Position numbers and translations under genes: made by a program. The notes beneath the pieces are model-generated. The model saw only the letters and a list, made by a program, of their open reading frames with translations. It ran no database searches and had not been told where the DNA came from. DNA of 64,000 bases from positions 53,595-117,594 of the forward strand of contig JBFRWI010000002.1 of the NCBI GenBank assembly GCA_051439505.1, written 5' to 3'. Positions 45,484 through 56,135 of this stretch are shown in pieces (the first letter of the stretch is position 1; every line of letters begins with the position of its first letter). This DNA is from Hormoscilla sp. (GTDB taxonomy: Bacteria > Cyanobacteriota > Cyanobacteriia > Cyanobacteriales > Desertifilaceae).

Positions 45484-45663
45484 GCGCGGCACTGTTGGGT
45501 TTCGCTAGCGCTCTACCCAACCTACGCGCTCGATCTTTTTTATTATGGTTAATCATATAGTCGCATCTGTAGATTGGGTTGAGGCACGAAACCCAACAAG
45601 GCGCGGCACTGTTGGGTTTCGCTAGCGCTCTACCCAACCTACGCGCTCGATCTTTTTTATTAT
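45481..45663. repeat. Two direct copies of a REP-like GTAGGTTGGGT...ACCCAAC unit
   Basis: 66-bp units at 45481 and 45598; same family at ~22570-22746 and 47298-47375. Confidence 0.85.
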
Positions 45664-45675
45664 AGATGAGATCCT

Positions 45676-46155
45676 ATGATAACAGTAAAACAGAGAACAA
45701 CATTGAACCCAGACAAGCTTCCGGACTTCCAGCAGTGGAAAAAAGTCAACGATGATGACTTTTCCCTCTGGGACTATCTGTTTGGAGTCGCTAATGTGGA
45801 ACTTGCCATCGCTTTCACGAAACTATTCTGGCCCGATACGATCGAGCATGAAGGTGGTATATTTTTATCATCAGGGTTCGATATCCAGATCTACGAACAG
45901 TGGAAAGCCAAGCTAGGAAACGACATTACCTCAATAGAGCAGGTAATCAACCATCAGCACATAGATGACATGCTCCCAGCTGCCGAGGCCGTAGGTACGT
46001 AAAATCTCCTTTATCTGGGAAAGGCGATCTCTCAAATGTGGGAAAGTCGTCTGAAACTACTGTATCCCCAGCGTCGCTTTGAAGTCAACTATCATCAAGG
46101 GGAACAGAGTCGGGTCGTTGTCACCTTCCACCAAGTACGAGAGAACTGTTGCTGA
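45676..46155 (+). pseudogene. Hypothetical protein interrupted by an in-frame TAA at 46000-46002
   Basis: Frame continues NLLYLGKAISQMWESRLKLLYPQRRFEV...VVVTFHQ to TGA at 46155. Confidence 0.65.
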
Positions 46156-46303
46156 GAAGATGGCAAAGGACGATCTCTTTTCTCTAGTCCCCTTTTTATT
46201 ATCACCTGTAACAGGATATCGCCGATCTGCTGTCGAGCCTCTGTTATTGACAAACGCGATCGGTCTAATGTAAGATAGGAGTAGATGTCTGCGGATAAGG
46301 CAA

Positions 46304-46528
46304 ATGTTAGAATTACTGGCAAGAATCACAGTTAATCCTCGACAATGTGGAGGTCGTCCCTGTATTCGGGGGATGAGAATTCGTGTATCTGATGTACTGG
46401 ACTTATTTGCAGCAGGTCTGAGTGCCGAACAAATCTTAGCAGAAATGCCCGACCTGGAAATGGAGGATCTGCAAGCGGCACTTGCTTATGCTGCACGTAA
46501 ACTCAATCATCCAGTTTTGGTAGCATGA
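46304..46528 (+). CDS. DUF433 antitoxin (VapB45-like)
   Basis: RITVNPRQCGGRPCIRGMRIRV; TTGACA-N18-TAAGAT promoter-like sequence at 46247-46276. Confidence 0.9.
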   Translation: MLELLARITVNPRQCGGRPCIRGMRIRVSDVLDLFAAGLSAEQILAEMPDLEMEDLQAALAYAARKLNHPVLVA

Positions 46529-46863
46529 TTATCTGGGTAGATGCACAACTATCCCCTGCAATTGCCACCTGGATGACTAATACATTCGGGGTAACCGCAG
46601 TAGGATTGCGAGATGTCGGACTTAGAGATGCTGAGGATATTGAGATTTTTGAGGCCGCTAAGGCCCAAGGAGCGATTATCATGACCAAAGACAGAGATTT
46701 TGTTGATTTGGTCGATCGCCTGGGTCCGCCACCCCAAATTATCTGGTTGACGAGTGGGAATACATCAAATTATAGGTTGTGCTCAATCCTGAGTGCAACT
46801 TTGCAAGAAGCTCTGGAACTTCTGCGATCGGGCGAAGCATTAGTAGAGATTAGCGGAGATTAG
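46525..46863 (+). CDS. DUF5615 PIN-like toxin (VapC45-like)
   Basis: IWVDAQLSP, DIEIF, IMTKDRDF; ATGA overlap with the DUF433 gene. Confidence 0.88.
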   Translation: MIIWVDAQLSPAIATWMTNTFGVTAVGLRDVGLRDAEDIEIFEAAKAQGAIIMTKDRDFVDLVDRLGPPPQIIWLTSGNTSNYRLCSILSATLQEALELLRSGEALVEISGD

Positions 46864-46979
46864 TCGTTATATCAGTCCCTTCCTCGTTCCCTGCCGGAGT
46901 CAGAGAACGCCCCTTTTGAGGCTCTGCCTCCCGGGAATAAAGGGAGGCAGGAGCCTCCAAATACCCGTTCCCAGCTCGA

Positions 46980-47248
46980 TCGCGTCTATCGGGCGTATAG
47001 CCACCGCCCAAAGTGGAAACCATTTTCAGCCAAGGTTTTCTGTCCAAGTCGTGACGATACATGACCGTGTAGACATCGCTTCCGAGGCTTTTGTCCTGTC
47101 GAAGTTGGCAATAAAAGCGGCTGCTGCGACTGACTAAGAGTCCGCCATTAAAGAAAGAGTAAACCCCAGCCCCCGCTGCTGCCAGCAAAGCAATTCCCGT
47201 TGCTACCACAAATGGGTTAAGTCCGTTTCTTGAGCTTTTGGTACTCAT
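46980..47248 (-). pseudogene. Truncated COP23-like protein fragment
   Basis: TM, then RFYCQL...YTVMYR...PWLKMVSTLGGGYTPDRR; breaks off into a palindromic repeat (GGGAGGCAGAGCCTC) at a HIP1-like junction. Confidence 0.55.
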
Positions 47249-47428
47249 AAGTATCTGGTAGGTGTATCGCAAATACTATTATTATAAGCAATAAAGCTGT
47301 AGGTTGGGTTGTCGCTTGTTACCCAACCCATACCGCAGCAACAGGTTGGGTTTCGTACCTCAACCCAACCTACAGCTCGAACAATCTCGGATTGCCATTA
47401 ACAATCAACAATTCACAATTCCTACTTA

Positions 47429-48376
47429 TTAACCGATCGCCCGCTCTATAAAGGGAAGTGCCCAGGCGAGGATAACACTTATAGCTAAACCCACAACTGC
47501 TTTGAGACCATCTTTTAAGATTATCTGTCCGGTTTCATTGAGCGATCGCTGCCCGAAGGCGATCGTCATGGCCAGTTCCCGTCCGGCCAACAGTCCCAGA
47601 AACGCCCAGGTTGTACTCATGGGAATCTTGCTTAATTCCTTGAAAAAGAATAAAATTAACCCATAGATAAAATCCACAAATGTAGCCGATCGAATATCCT
47701 GGGTATTAGTTTTGCTAGTAACTATTTTCTGGATTTCCCCGCCATTACGGTAGAAGATAATTCCGTGCAAAGCCAGCATCACCAACAGGGAAAATAACAG
47801 CCATGCTGCACTCATCTGCCTGGGCAGGTAGGCAAATATATTTGCCAAATCCTGTATCAACCATTGACTCCACAGGAATGCCGTTGACAACCACTGCAAA
47901 ACCACCCAGTATAGCGGCGGGTCCGAGTTAGCGGTAGCCAGGAAATCCTTTTCCAAATTTTGGGTTAACCCCTTGTAAACAATAATCCCGACTATAAATG
48001 CTACTACATAACCCAGCAGTGATTTGAGTAGCATACTGTCTAATGCTTGGGGGGCAAAAACTGTTAAAATGAGGAAAGTCGTGCTGACCGGAATTCCAAA
48101 ATTAGTTAACAGCAAAAGCACCAGAGGCGGAACTAGATAAATCCAGGTAAATGGTGTCGGAAAGGGAATAAGTTCCAGGCGTCCGTAAGACAGGTCGCCA
48201 GCGAACCAGCCAATCAGAAAAACTGCGGTCAAAACTGAGCAGGCAAAAAGCCACAGCACCCACCAGGGACGCTGTGAGTTGGAACTTAAAAATGTTCCCA
48301 AGGTTTGAATGGCGTCGTTTGCTACTATAGAATAGGATGCCATCAGGAATCCCGCGATCGCCAATACATAGTTCAT
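47429..48376 (-). CDS. Multi-pass membrane protein (possibly PiT/PHO4-like fold)
   Basis: ANDAIQTLGTF, GIPVSTT and IPMSTTW resemble PiT signature repeats; highly hydrophobic. Confidence 0.7.
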   Translation of the reverse strand: MNYVLAIAGFLMASYSIVANDAIQTLGTFLSSNSQRPWWVLWLFACSVLTAVFLIGWFAGDLSYGRLELIPFPTPFTWIYLVPPLVLLLLTNFGIPVSTTFLILTVFAPQALDSMLLKSLLGYVVAFIVGIIVYKGLTQNLEKDFLATANSDPPLYWVVLQWLSTAFLWSQWLIQDLANIFAYLPRQMSAAWLLFSLLVMLALHGIIFYRNGGEIQKIVTSKTNTQDIRSATFVDFIYGLILFFFKELSKIPMSTTWAFLGLLAGRELAMTIAFGQRSLNETGQIILKDGLKAVVGLAISVILAWALPFIERAIG

Positions 48377-48402
48377 TGGAAATTGCTGTATTATAGTTGA
48401 GG

Positions 48403-49224
48403 TTAACGTAGCTGAAAGCCGAGGTTTTTCAGCGCCTCCCGCAGCTGATCGCGCCCCGAAAGAGATGCTACAGTAGCAATGCGCCCAACAGAATGTTCCG
48501 ACCAGTCACCGTCAACAGGCATTTTTTGAGTCCCATAAAAATCTTTCATCACCCCATCGTAAAGGGCGATCGCATCACTTTGGGCAGCCAACTGATAAGA
48601 TTCCCGGTGGAGAACCGCCGACTGAGGCAAACGGGGCTTCACAGCAGTAAATTTAGCAGGGTCGGGATAGCCAACACACATGCCAAAAGTAGCAAAAACC
48701 AAAGGAGGCAAACCCAGTAGCTTCGCCACCTCTTCAGGGTGATTTCTAATCCCACCAATATACACCATACCCAAACCCTTCGACTCAGCGAAGATAGCAG
48801 CATTTTGAGCAGCCAAAGCTGCATCTATTGTGGCCGTCACGAACATTTCCAAATAGTCCAAAGCTTCGCGAGGAAGACCCCGACTGTCAGCAATATCCGC
48901 CAGGCGAGCCAAATCTGCCAACCAAACCAGGAATAACGGACATTGTCGGATATGGGCCTGGTTTCCCGCCAGTTCTGACAACTTCGCCTTCCGTTCAGGA
49001 TCTTCTACAGCTACCACACTCCAAGTCTGAAGATTAGATGAAGTGGATGCAGATTGACCCGCTGCTACCATTAATTCTAGAGTTTGGGGCGGCACGCGAT
49101 CGGGCAGATAACCCCGGATCGATCGATGTGCCAGAATTGTCTTCAGGCAGTCATTCAACTCAGACTCTAGCTCAAACGGCTTTGTCCCGTAGCGCGATCT
49201 TAGTAGTTCAGTTATGTTAGTCAT
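48403..49224 (-). CDS. NfsA/Frp-family NADPH-dependent nitroreductase (flavin oxidoreductase)
   Basis: HRSIRGY, ASTSSNLQ, GMVYIGGIRN, KPRLP. Confidence 0.9.
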   Translation of the reverse strand: MTNITELLRSRYGTKPFELESELNDCLKTILAHRSIRGYLPDRVPPQTLELMVAAGQSASTSSNLQTWSVVAVEDPERKAKLSELAGNQAHIRQCPLFLVWLADLARLADIADSRGLPREALDYLEMFVTATIDAALAAQNAAIFAESKGLGMVYIGGIRNHPEEVAKLLGLPPLVFATFGMCVGYPDPAKFTAVKPRLPQSAVLHRESYQLAAQSDAIALYDGVMKDFYGTQKMPVDGDWSEHSVGRIATVASLSGRDQLREALKNLGFQLR

Positions 49225-49271
49225 AGGTATTACTTGTGTGGTGGGCGATGCCCACCCTACTATATCACTTT

Positions 49272-49607
49272 TCAACTGACAGCAAATTCTGTATATGGGC
49301 GAATTTCTGGAGATTGAAAAGCGAGAACAATGTCATGTTTAGGAACCCCGGCGGCCACCAATTCTAAGGCCATGCCATCTTCGAGGCCATCGCGATGAAT
49401 CCAAATTTTATCGTTGCTAATTTCAACATGGACGATACAAGCATGAACTTTGACATCCTCTTCCCATCCCAGAGTCATTAACAAGTAATGATTTGCGTCC
49501 CTACTGACAATAACATTGGATTTGAGATCGGCGTAACTATAGGGTATTTCTGCATATTCGGTTAATACCCTTTCTATCGTCTGGCGATAAGTTGCTAGTT
49601 TATCCAT
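49272..49607 (-). CDS. xisI: XisI family protein
   Basis: MDKLATYRQ, HYLLMTLGW, KIWIHRDGLE, GVPKHDIVLAF. Confidence 0.92.
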   Translation of the reverse strand: MDKLATYRQTIERVLTEYAEIPYSYADLKSNVIVSRDANHYLLMTLGWEEDVKVHACIVHVEISNDKIWIHRDGLEDGMALELVAAGVPKHDIVLAFQSPEIRPYTEFAVS

Positions 49608-50011
49608 TGAACAATTTCCTCCCGACCTGAGTCAAAGATCAGCAAACGCAGATGGTATTTTTTAATCACAAGTGTACCGATGGCTTCCGAGAATATCTGC
49701 TCATAGACAGATTTGCGAATAGCTAAATATAAAGCTAAATTCATTCTTGATTCTTCTATAATAGCTCGATAAAGAAGATACTGCCCTAGAGATTGTTGTA
49801 AGTCATAAACTTGAGAAGGATTGAGAAAACTTTTAATTTCAACGATGATTTTTTCTTCGCCATTATCGGCAGCAATTAGTTGTTTTACCCCCAGATCGAC
49901 GAATAATTCCCTCAATCCCCATTTTAACTTGAACGGATCTTCGGTAATGGTCCAGCCATCTTTCGTTAGGGCTGTTTTAACGGTCTTGTGGTAGATGTCT
50001 TTGGCAGGCAT
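49595..50011 (-). CDS. xisH: XisH family protein
   Basis: MPAKDIYH..VKTAL.KDGWTITEDP, VEIKSF, LGQYLLY. Confidence 0.92.
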   Translation of the reverse strand: MPAKDIYHKTVKTALTKDGWTITEDPFKLKWGLRELFVDLGVKQLIAADNGEEKIIVEIKSFLNPSQVYDLQQSLGQYLLYRAIIEESRMNLALYLAIRKSVYEQIFSEAIGTLVIKKYHLRLLIFDSGREEIVQWIN

Positions 50012-50105
50012 ATATAATCTTCGATGTCCATACTGGTTGCGTAAGGTGGGCGATGCCCACCCTACAGTTATATCGCCTCATTTCGTTGTGGGCGATGCCC
50101 TACAG

Positions 50106-51728
50106 TTATACTGCTGCCATCGCCTCAACCGCTTGTTCGTATTGAGGATGCACCCGATCGCCCGTTTGCTGGGCCGTATACAAGCGATTCAGGGCATTAA
50201 CATAAGCCTGGGCGCTCGCTACAATAATATCCGTATGGGCAGCATGACCGGAAAACACCTGTTCTTCATGCTTCAATCGGATCGTCACTTCCCCGATCGC
50301 ATCTATACCCGCCGTCACCGACTGCACCGAAAACTCTATCAACTGATTCGGCACGTTTACCACCCGGTTAATGGCCTTGTAAATCGCATCTACAGGACCA
50401 GTCCCGATCGCCGCATCTGTAAGTTCCTCCCCGGCGGGGGTGCGGACAGTAACAGTGGCCGTCGGACTCGAACGATCGCCGCAGGAAACCTGAACCAATT
50501 CCAAGCGGAACATTTCCGGGACTTGCTGGATTTCATTATTAACGATCGCCTCCAAATCCCAGTCAGTAATTTCCTTCTTCTTATCCGCCAAATCCTTAAA
50601 CTTGAGAAACGCATTATTAACATCCGTCTCCGAGAGATCGAAGCCCAATTCCCGCAAGCGAGTGCCAAAAGCATTCCGACCCGAATGCTTGCCCAGGATA
50701 ATCTGATTATCATTCAAACCGATGGACTGAGCATCCATAATCTCATAAGTCAGCTTATGCTTGAGCACCCCATCTTGGTGGATACCAGACTCGTGGGCAA
50801 AAGCATTCGCCCCCACGATCGCCTTATTTGGCTGCACCAGCATCCCCGTCAGGTTAGAAACCAAGCGAGAAGTCTTGTAAATTTCCCGAGTATTAATATT
50901 ACTCAGGGGTTCTGTAGACTCCGCTGGCCGTCCAAAGAAAGGATTGTAATACGATCGCCGCACGTGCAAAGCCATCACCAACTCTTCCAGGGCAGCATTT
51001 CCGGCCCGTTCGCCAATCCCATTGATCGTGCATTCCAACTGTCGGGCCCCATTTTCCACGGCTGACAAGAAATTGGCCACCGCCAAGCCCAAATCATTGT
51101 GACCGTGAACCGAAATTATCGCCCGATCGATATTCGGGACATTTTCCTTTATCCCTCTAATCAAACCCCCAAACTCCGCAGGCGTGGTATAACCTACTGT
51201 ATCGGGGATATTCACCGTCGTTGCCCCAGCCGCGATCGCCCGTTCCAGCACCTCATAGAGGAATTCGGGATCCGAACGGCCCGCATCTTCCGGAGAGAAT
51301 TCCACATCCTCCACAAAGGACTTAGCATAGGCTACCATATCCGAAGTAATTGCCAACACCTCAGCCCTTGACTTTTTCAGCTTATACTGCAAGTGAATGT
51401 CAGAGGTGGCAATAAAGGTATGAATGCGGGGGTGCGCCGCAGGTTTGACCGCCTCACCAGCAGCCTTAATATCTTGCTCCGTAGCCCTGGCCAACCCGCA
51501 GATCGTCGGGCCATCGGGAGTCCCCACCTGAGAGGCAATCCTTTGCACCGCAGCAAAATCGCCTTTGCTAGCATAAGGGAAGCCTGCCTCAATCACATCC
51601 ACTCCCAGTCGTGCCAGTTGCCGGGCGATCGCCAGCTTCTCATCCACATTCAGAGTGGCCCCGGGACATTGCTCTCCATCCCGGAGGGTCGTATCGAAGA
51701 TAATGATGCGGTCTTGATTTGGTTCCAT
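50106..51728 (-). CDS. leuA: 2-isopropylmalate synthase
   Basis: [41 protein letters not shown]. Confidence 0.96.
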   Translation of the reverse strand: MEPNQDRIIIFDTTLRDGEQCPGATLNVDEKLAIARQLARLGVDVIEAGFPYASKGDFAAVQRIASQVGTPDGPTICGLARATEQDIKAAGEAVKPAAHPRIHTFIATSDIHLQYKLKKSRAEVLAITSDMVAYAKSFVEDVEFSPEDAGRSDPEFLYEVLERAIAAGATTVNIPDTVGYTTPAEFGGLIRGIKENVPNIDRAIISVHGHNDLGLAVANFLSAVENGARQLECTINGIGERAGNAALEELVMALHVRRSYYNPFFGRPAESTEPLSNINTREIYKTSRLVSNLTGMLVQPNKAIVGANAFAHESGIHQDGVLKHKLTYEIMDAQSIGLNDNQIILGKHSGRNAFGTRLRELGFDLSETDVNNAFLKFKDLADKKKEITDWDLEAIVNNEIQQVPEMFRLELVQVSCGDRSSPTATVTVRTPAGEELTDAAIGTGPVDAIYKAINRVVNVPNQLIEFSVQSVTAGIDAIGEVTIRLKHEEQVFSGHAAHTDIIVASAQAYVNALNRLYTAQQTGDRVHPQYEQAVEAMAAV

Positions 51729-51803
51729 TTGAGCTTTTATAGGATCGCGACAAGTTAACATGAGTTTTAGGTTAAGATTTATTCTACTCCTACATTTACT
51801 TTT

Positions 51804-53414
51804 ATGGGCTCTACTACCCTGCTAGGCGCGAATATTATAGTCATTTTAGCCGAACTCAGCCTGGTGCTGTTGGTTCTCTATCTACTTAACTGGATCGCTA
51901 GCGCTCTCCTGTCGCAGCTGCCAATATTTTCTCCGTTCCAGGTGGAGACAGGGACTCTCAAGAATTGGCGCCGGAACATCAGGAGTATTTTGATTTTCAC
52001 TGGTGCGGTGCTATGTCTGCTGCTGGTGAGTGCCAACGGCTGGCTGATCTATCAAGGTGAAAACCTCCAGGAATACACCCTTGCCTTGTTGGGCCAGCTG
52101 CCATGGGAGACCCTAGGTACGGAGCTCGCCAAAAGCATCGGCATGATTGCTTTAGCGGCTTATGCCATCCGCCCCCTGCACCGGCTCCTAGACTTGGCCT
52201 CTGTCCGCGCTCAGGAATTGGATAACATCAGCGCCAACGATATCCCCATTGAAGAATGGTTTGGCTTCCTGAAAAGACACCTGACTAACGGCATCTGGCT
52301 GTTGGCAGTCTGGGCCTGTACCCAGTTCCTGGGGCTGCCAGCAGTAGTGTCCCAGAATCTGGCGATCGCCCTCCAGATCTACGGGATCGTGGTACTCGGA
52401 CTGCTGATAGTCAAGGCCCAGAAGCCGATCGTCGATAGCTTAGATGCCCTCAGCGAGAAATATGCCCAAAGTGAGATCCTGCTGCGGTTATACTCACAAC
52501 TACGACCCCTGGTCCCCTTGCTCAAGGGATGTCTGGAGTACGCGATCTATGCCCAAATGCTGGCCCTGGCGATCGATCGAGTGGAGCCCTTCGCCTTCTT
52601 GGCCACCTACGGCCCGATCGCAGTCAAGCTCATCGGCATCGTTTTCATCAGCCGCGTCTTAATCGAAATCACCCAACTGGCGATCTCCGAGATGCTGCTC
52701 CACGACCCGAAGATGACTGACTTCCAGAGCAAGAGACGGCAGACCTTCGTCCCCCTACTCGAGAGTTTCCTGAAATACCTGATTTACTTCGGTGCGGGCA
52801 TCGCCATCCTTTATACCATCAATGTCGATCCTGCTCCCATCCTCGCCGGTGCGGGCATCGTCGGTTTGGCAGTCGGTTTGGGTGCCCAGAACCTGCTCAA
52901 CGATCTGGTTTGTGGATTCTTTATCCTCTTTGAAAACTACTACTTGGTGGGAGACTATATCAACCTTGGGGAAGTTGAGGGAACTGTCGAAGCGATCGAA
53001 CTGAGAACCACCCGCATCCGACATCAGAACGGTCAATTGTGCATTATTCGTAACGGGGAAATTAACAATGTGATTAACTACTCTAAGGAGTATGTTTACG
53101 CTGAAGTGGCCGTTGGTGTGGCTTATGACGAGCAGCTCGATCGCGTCTACAAAATTATTGAGTCCATCGGATTGCAGTTAAAGGAGAATCACCCAGAGGT
53201 GCTCGAACCTACTATAGTGGAGGGACTTGAAGAGTTCGGGGATTTTCATCTGTTAGTCCGCACCATCACCAAGGTAAAGCCCGGAAAGCACCTCCAGATC
53301 CAGCGACGGCTCCGCCAGATGATTAAAGAAGCCTTTGAAGGCGAGGGTATTCAAATTCCAATGGGCCAGCGCGTGCGGCTTTTAAGGGAGAAAAAAACTC
53401 CCGATCGCCCGTGA
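51804..53414 (+). CDS. MscS-family mechanosensitive channel (paralog 1)
   Basis: [21 protein letters not shown]...[20 protein letters not shown]. Confidence 0.9.
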   Translation: MGSTTLLGANIIVILAELSLVLLVLYLLNWIASALLSQLPIFSPFQVETGTLKNWRRNIRSILIFTGAVLCLLLVSANGWLIYQGENLQEYTLALLGQLPWETLGTELAKSIGMIALAAYAIRPLHRLLDLASVRAQELDNISANDIPIEEWFGFLKRHLTNGIWLLAVWACTQFLGLPAVVSQNLAIALQIYGIVVLGLLIVKAQKPIVDSLDALSEKYAQSEILLRLYSQLRPLVPLLKGCLEYAIYAQMLALAIDRVEPFAFLATYGPIAVKLIGIVFISRVLIEITQLAISEMLLHDPKMTDFQSKRRQTFVPLLESFLKYLIYFGAGIAILYTINVDPAPILAGAGIVGLAVGLGAQNLLNDLVCGFFILFENYYLVGDYINLGEVEGTVEAIELRTTRIRHQNGQLCIIRNGEINNVINYSKEYVYAEVAVGVAYDEQLDRVYKIIESIGLQLKENHPEVLEPTIVEGLEEFGDFHLLVRTITKVKPGKHLQIQRRLRQMIKEAFEGEGIQIPMGQRVRLLREKKTPDRP

Positions 53415-53507
53415 TTTATGCTCTTCTATTCTCGATTTACTATATGGGAAAGAGCAAAACAAAATGGTATAGTATCATAAAAATTGCATTTAATGGGGTA
53501 GACGAGA

Positions 53508-55109
53508 ATGCCAGACGGTAACCTCTTAATTATCAACATCTTAACGATCTTGGCTGAAGTCAGCCTCATCATCATTGTTTTGTATCTGATTAACTGGGTC
53601 AGTAGCAAACTCCTCAAGCAGATGGGCAAGATTTCTCAGCTCAATTTGGGGAACAAGGCCAAGAGTCTGCATGGGAAAATCAAGAAGATTTCGATCCTCA
53701 TTGGTGTAGTGCTATGCCTCCTCGTAGTGGGTGCCAATGGCTGGCTGATCTATCAAGGGGAAAATCTTCACGAATACACCCTCGCCTTGATGGGCCGACT
53801 GCCAGCTTCATTCTGGCAAAATATAGGTACTAGGGTCGTCCAAAGCATTGTCACTGTGACTTTGGCAGCTGTCTCTATCCGACCTCTACACCGTTTATTA
53901 GACTATGGGAAGGTCCGCGCCCAGCACTTGGATGACATTACTGCCAACGATCTCCCCATTGAACTCTGGTTTGGCTTCCTGAAAAAACATCTGACTAACT
54001 GCATCTGGCTGTTGGCAGTGTTGTGGTGTACCAAGTTTCTGGGACTGCCTGAAATAGTATTTCAATATCTGTCCATTTTTCTGAAAAGCTACGCAATTAT
54101 TGCTGCCGGGATGCTCGCAGTCAAGGCCCAGGACCCCCTCATCGACAGCTTAGATTCCCTCAGTAATAAATACGCCAGTTCTGACAGCCTGCTGCGGTTC
54201 TACTCCGATCTCAGACACCTAGTTCCCTTACTAAAACGATGTCTGGAATATGCCATCTATGCTTCTATGGCGAGCCTGGCGATCGAGCAGGTGGAGCCGA
54301 TCGCTTTTTTAGCAACCTACGGTCAGATCGCCGTCAAGATCATCGGCATCATTTTCCTGTCCCGCGTCTTCATCCAGGTGAGTAACCTGGCAATCTTTGA
54401 ATTACTCCTCCATAACCAGGTTCTAACTGAAACACAGAGACAGAAACGCCTGACCATCATCCCGCTGATCCAGAGTGCCTTCAAATACCTGATCTACTTT
54501 GGTGCTGGCATTGGCATCCTCAAAACAATCAACATCGATCCTACTCCCATCCTTGCCGGTGCTGGCATCATCGGTCTAGCTGTCGGTTTGGGGGCCCAAA
54601 ACCTGGTCAACGATCTGGTTTCTGGTTTCTTTATTCTGTTTGACAACTACTATTTAGTGGGTGACGACGTGGAAATTGACGGTATCGAGGGCGACGTGGA
54701 GGCGATCGACCTGAGAACTACTCGCCTTCGCCATGACGATGGTCAACTCTGCATTATCCGCAACGGCGAGATCAATAACGTCATTAATTACTCCAAAGAG
54801 TATGTATATGCGGTAGTGGAAGTTGGCGTCGCCTATGACTCCAATTTAGATCGCGTCTACCAAGTGATTGAGGCGATCGGAAAGGAGCTAAAAGAGAATT
54901 ACACCCAAGTTTTAGAACCCACCCATGTGGATGGGTTAGAGAGTTTCCGACAGTATGACCTGTTGATCCGCACCATCACCAAGGTCAAACCCGGTACCTA
55001 CGAAAAGATACAGCGAGTTATCCGTAAGATGATTAAGGAAACATTCGATCGGGAGGGAATTGAAATCCCCTTTGCCCGTCACGTCTTGCTTTTTCACGAT
55101 GAAGAATAG
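53508..55109 (+). CDS. MscS-family mechanosensitive channel (paralog 2)
   Basis: Same motifs; full-length homolog of paralog 1. Confidence 0.9.
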   Translation: MPDGNLLIINILTILAEVSLIIIVLYLINWVSSKLLKQMGKISQLNLGNKAKSLHGKIKKISILIGVVLCLLVVGANGWLIYQGENLHEYTLALMGRLPASFWQNIGTRVVQSIVTVTLAAVSIRPLHRLLDYGKVRAQHLDDITANDLPIELWFGFLKKHLTNCIWLLAVLWCTKFLGLPEIVFQYLSIFLKSYAIIAAGMLAVKAQDPLIDSLDSLSNKYASSDSLLRFYSDLRHLVPLLKRCLEYAIYASMASLAIEQVEPIAFLATYGQIAVKIIGIIFLSRVFIQVSNLAIFELLLHNQVLTETQRQKRLTIIPLIQSAFKYLIYFGAGIGILKTINIDPTPILAGAGIIGLAVGLGAQNLVNDLVSGFFILFDNYYLVGDDVEIDGIEGDVEAIDLRTTRLRHDDGQLCIIRNGEINNVINYSKEYVYAVVEVGVAYDSNLDRVYQVIEAIGKELKENYTQVLEPTHVDGLESFRQYDLLIRTITKVKPGTYEKIQRVIRKMIKETFDREGIEIPFARHVLLFHDEE

Positions 55110-55181
55110 TTGTCAGTTTGTCGGGTGGGCACTGCCTAGTTTGTAGGGTGGGCACTGCCCACCAACTGCCTAGCAACCATC

Positions 55182-55700
55182 TTAAAATTCCACTTTTTCG
55201 ATAGTATCCCGAATGTCGTTCAAATCAATGTACCGGTCTGTAGCATTGCGTAACTCCCTGGCAATCATCCCCTCTGTTGACACCACAGTAATGTGAGTGT
55301 TCTTAGAGCGTAATAGTTCAATTGCCCGTTCAAAATCGCCATCCCCGCTGAACAGGATCACTCGCTCGTACTGTTCTACCGTATTAAACATATCGATCAC
55401 GATTTCGATGTCTAAATTCGCCTTTTGCGAGAAGCGACCTGAATTGTCATCATAATACTCTTTGAGGATTTTCGTCCGCACAGTGTAACCCAAGCTAATC
55501 AAGGCATCTCGAAATCCCCTTTGGTCTTGAGGGTCTTTTATTCCTGTGTACCAAAAGGCATTAACTAAATCTATTGTGGGATCTGATGTGAAATGTTGCA
55601 GCACCCGCTTCGGGTCAAAAAACCAGCCATTTTTTTGCTGGGCATAGAACATATTGTTCCCGTCTACAAATATAGAAACACGGTTCTTCAATGATACCAT
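55182..55700 (-). CDS. NYN-domain LabA/DUF88 family protein
   Basis: IFVDGNN, KANLDIEIVIDM, LFSGDGDF. Confidence 0.9.
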   Translation of the reverse strand: MVSLKNRVSIFVDGNNMFYAQQKNGWFFDPKRVLQHFTSDPTIDLVNAFWYTGIKDPQDQRGFRDALISLGYTVRTKILKEYYDDNSGRFSQKANLDIEIVIDMFNTVEQYERVILFSGDGDFERAIELLRSKNTHITVVSTEGMIARELRNATDRYIDLNDIRDTIEKVEF

Positions 55701-56135
55701 AGTAGGTTATACCTAAACTTTCAATGTTGATAACTTAAACAGAGCAATCAAATGCGCCAACTTGTACAACACAAGTGACTATTGTCGTCCGCGACGGGGC
55801 GCGGAGCGGCAAATCTTCGATTATTTTCCTTATGATAGTTGCTTTTTGAAGCTAATTGATTTACTCAGCTCTCTATATGTATGCAGCAGCTAATGGAAAT
55901 ATTTGCTGCCTGCTGAAATCATATGAAGTAATCAGGCTACGTAACTATTGCTATATACATTACAACGAAGTTAAGAGCTTAAACTAAATGTCTAGCTGAA
56001 GGAATCAGCTGGGAAGGTGGTAAAGGCAGTCGGCTGCTCTTACCCGGACTCTTTTGTCTATTATGACATAAATTTAGAAACTCGCCTCAGATTGCGAGTC
56101 ATTGGTAAGCTGTTGCTGCCGGACTACCCGATCGC

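Noticed and set aside
49272..50011. fdxN excision element / heterocyst rearrangement
   Set aside because: No xisF recombinase or nif genes; stand-alone xisHI pairs are common in cyanobacteria.
49995..51065. 356-aa plus-strand ORF
   Set aside because: Antisense shadow of leuA; no recognisable motifs.
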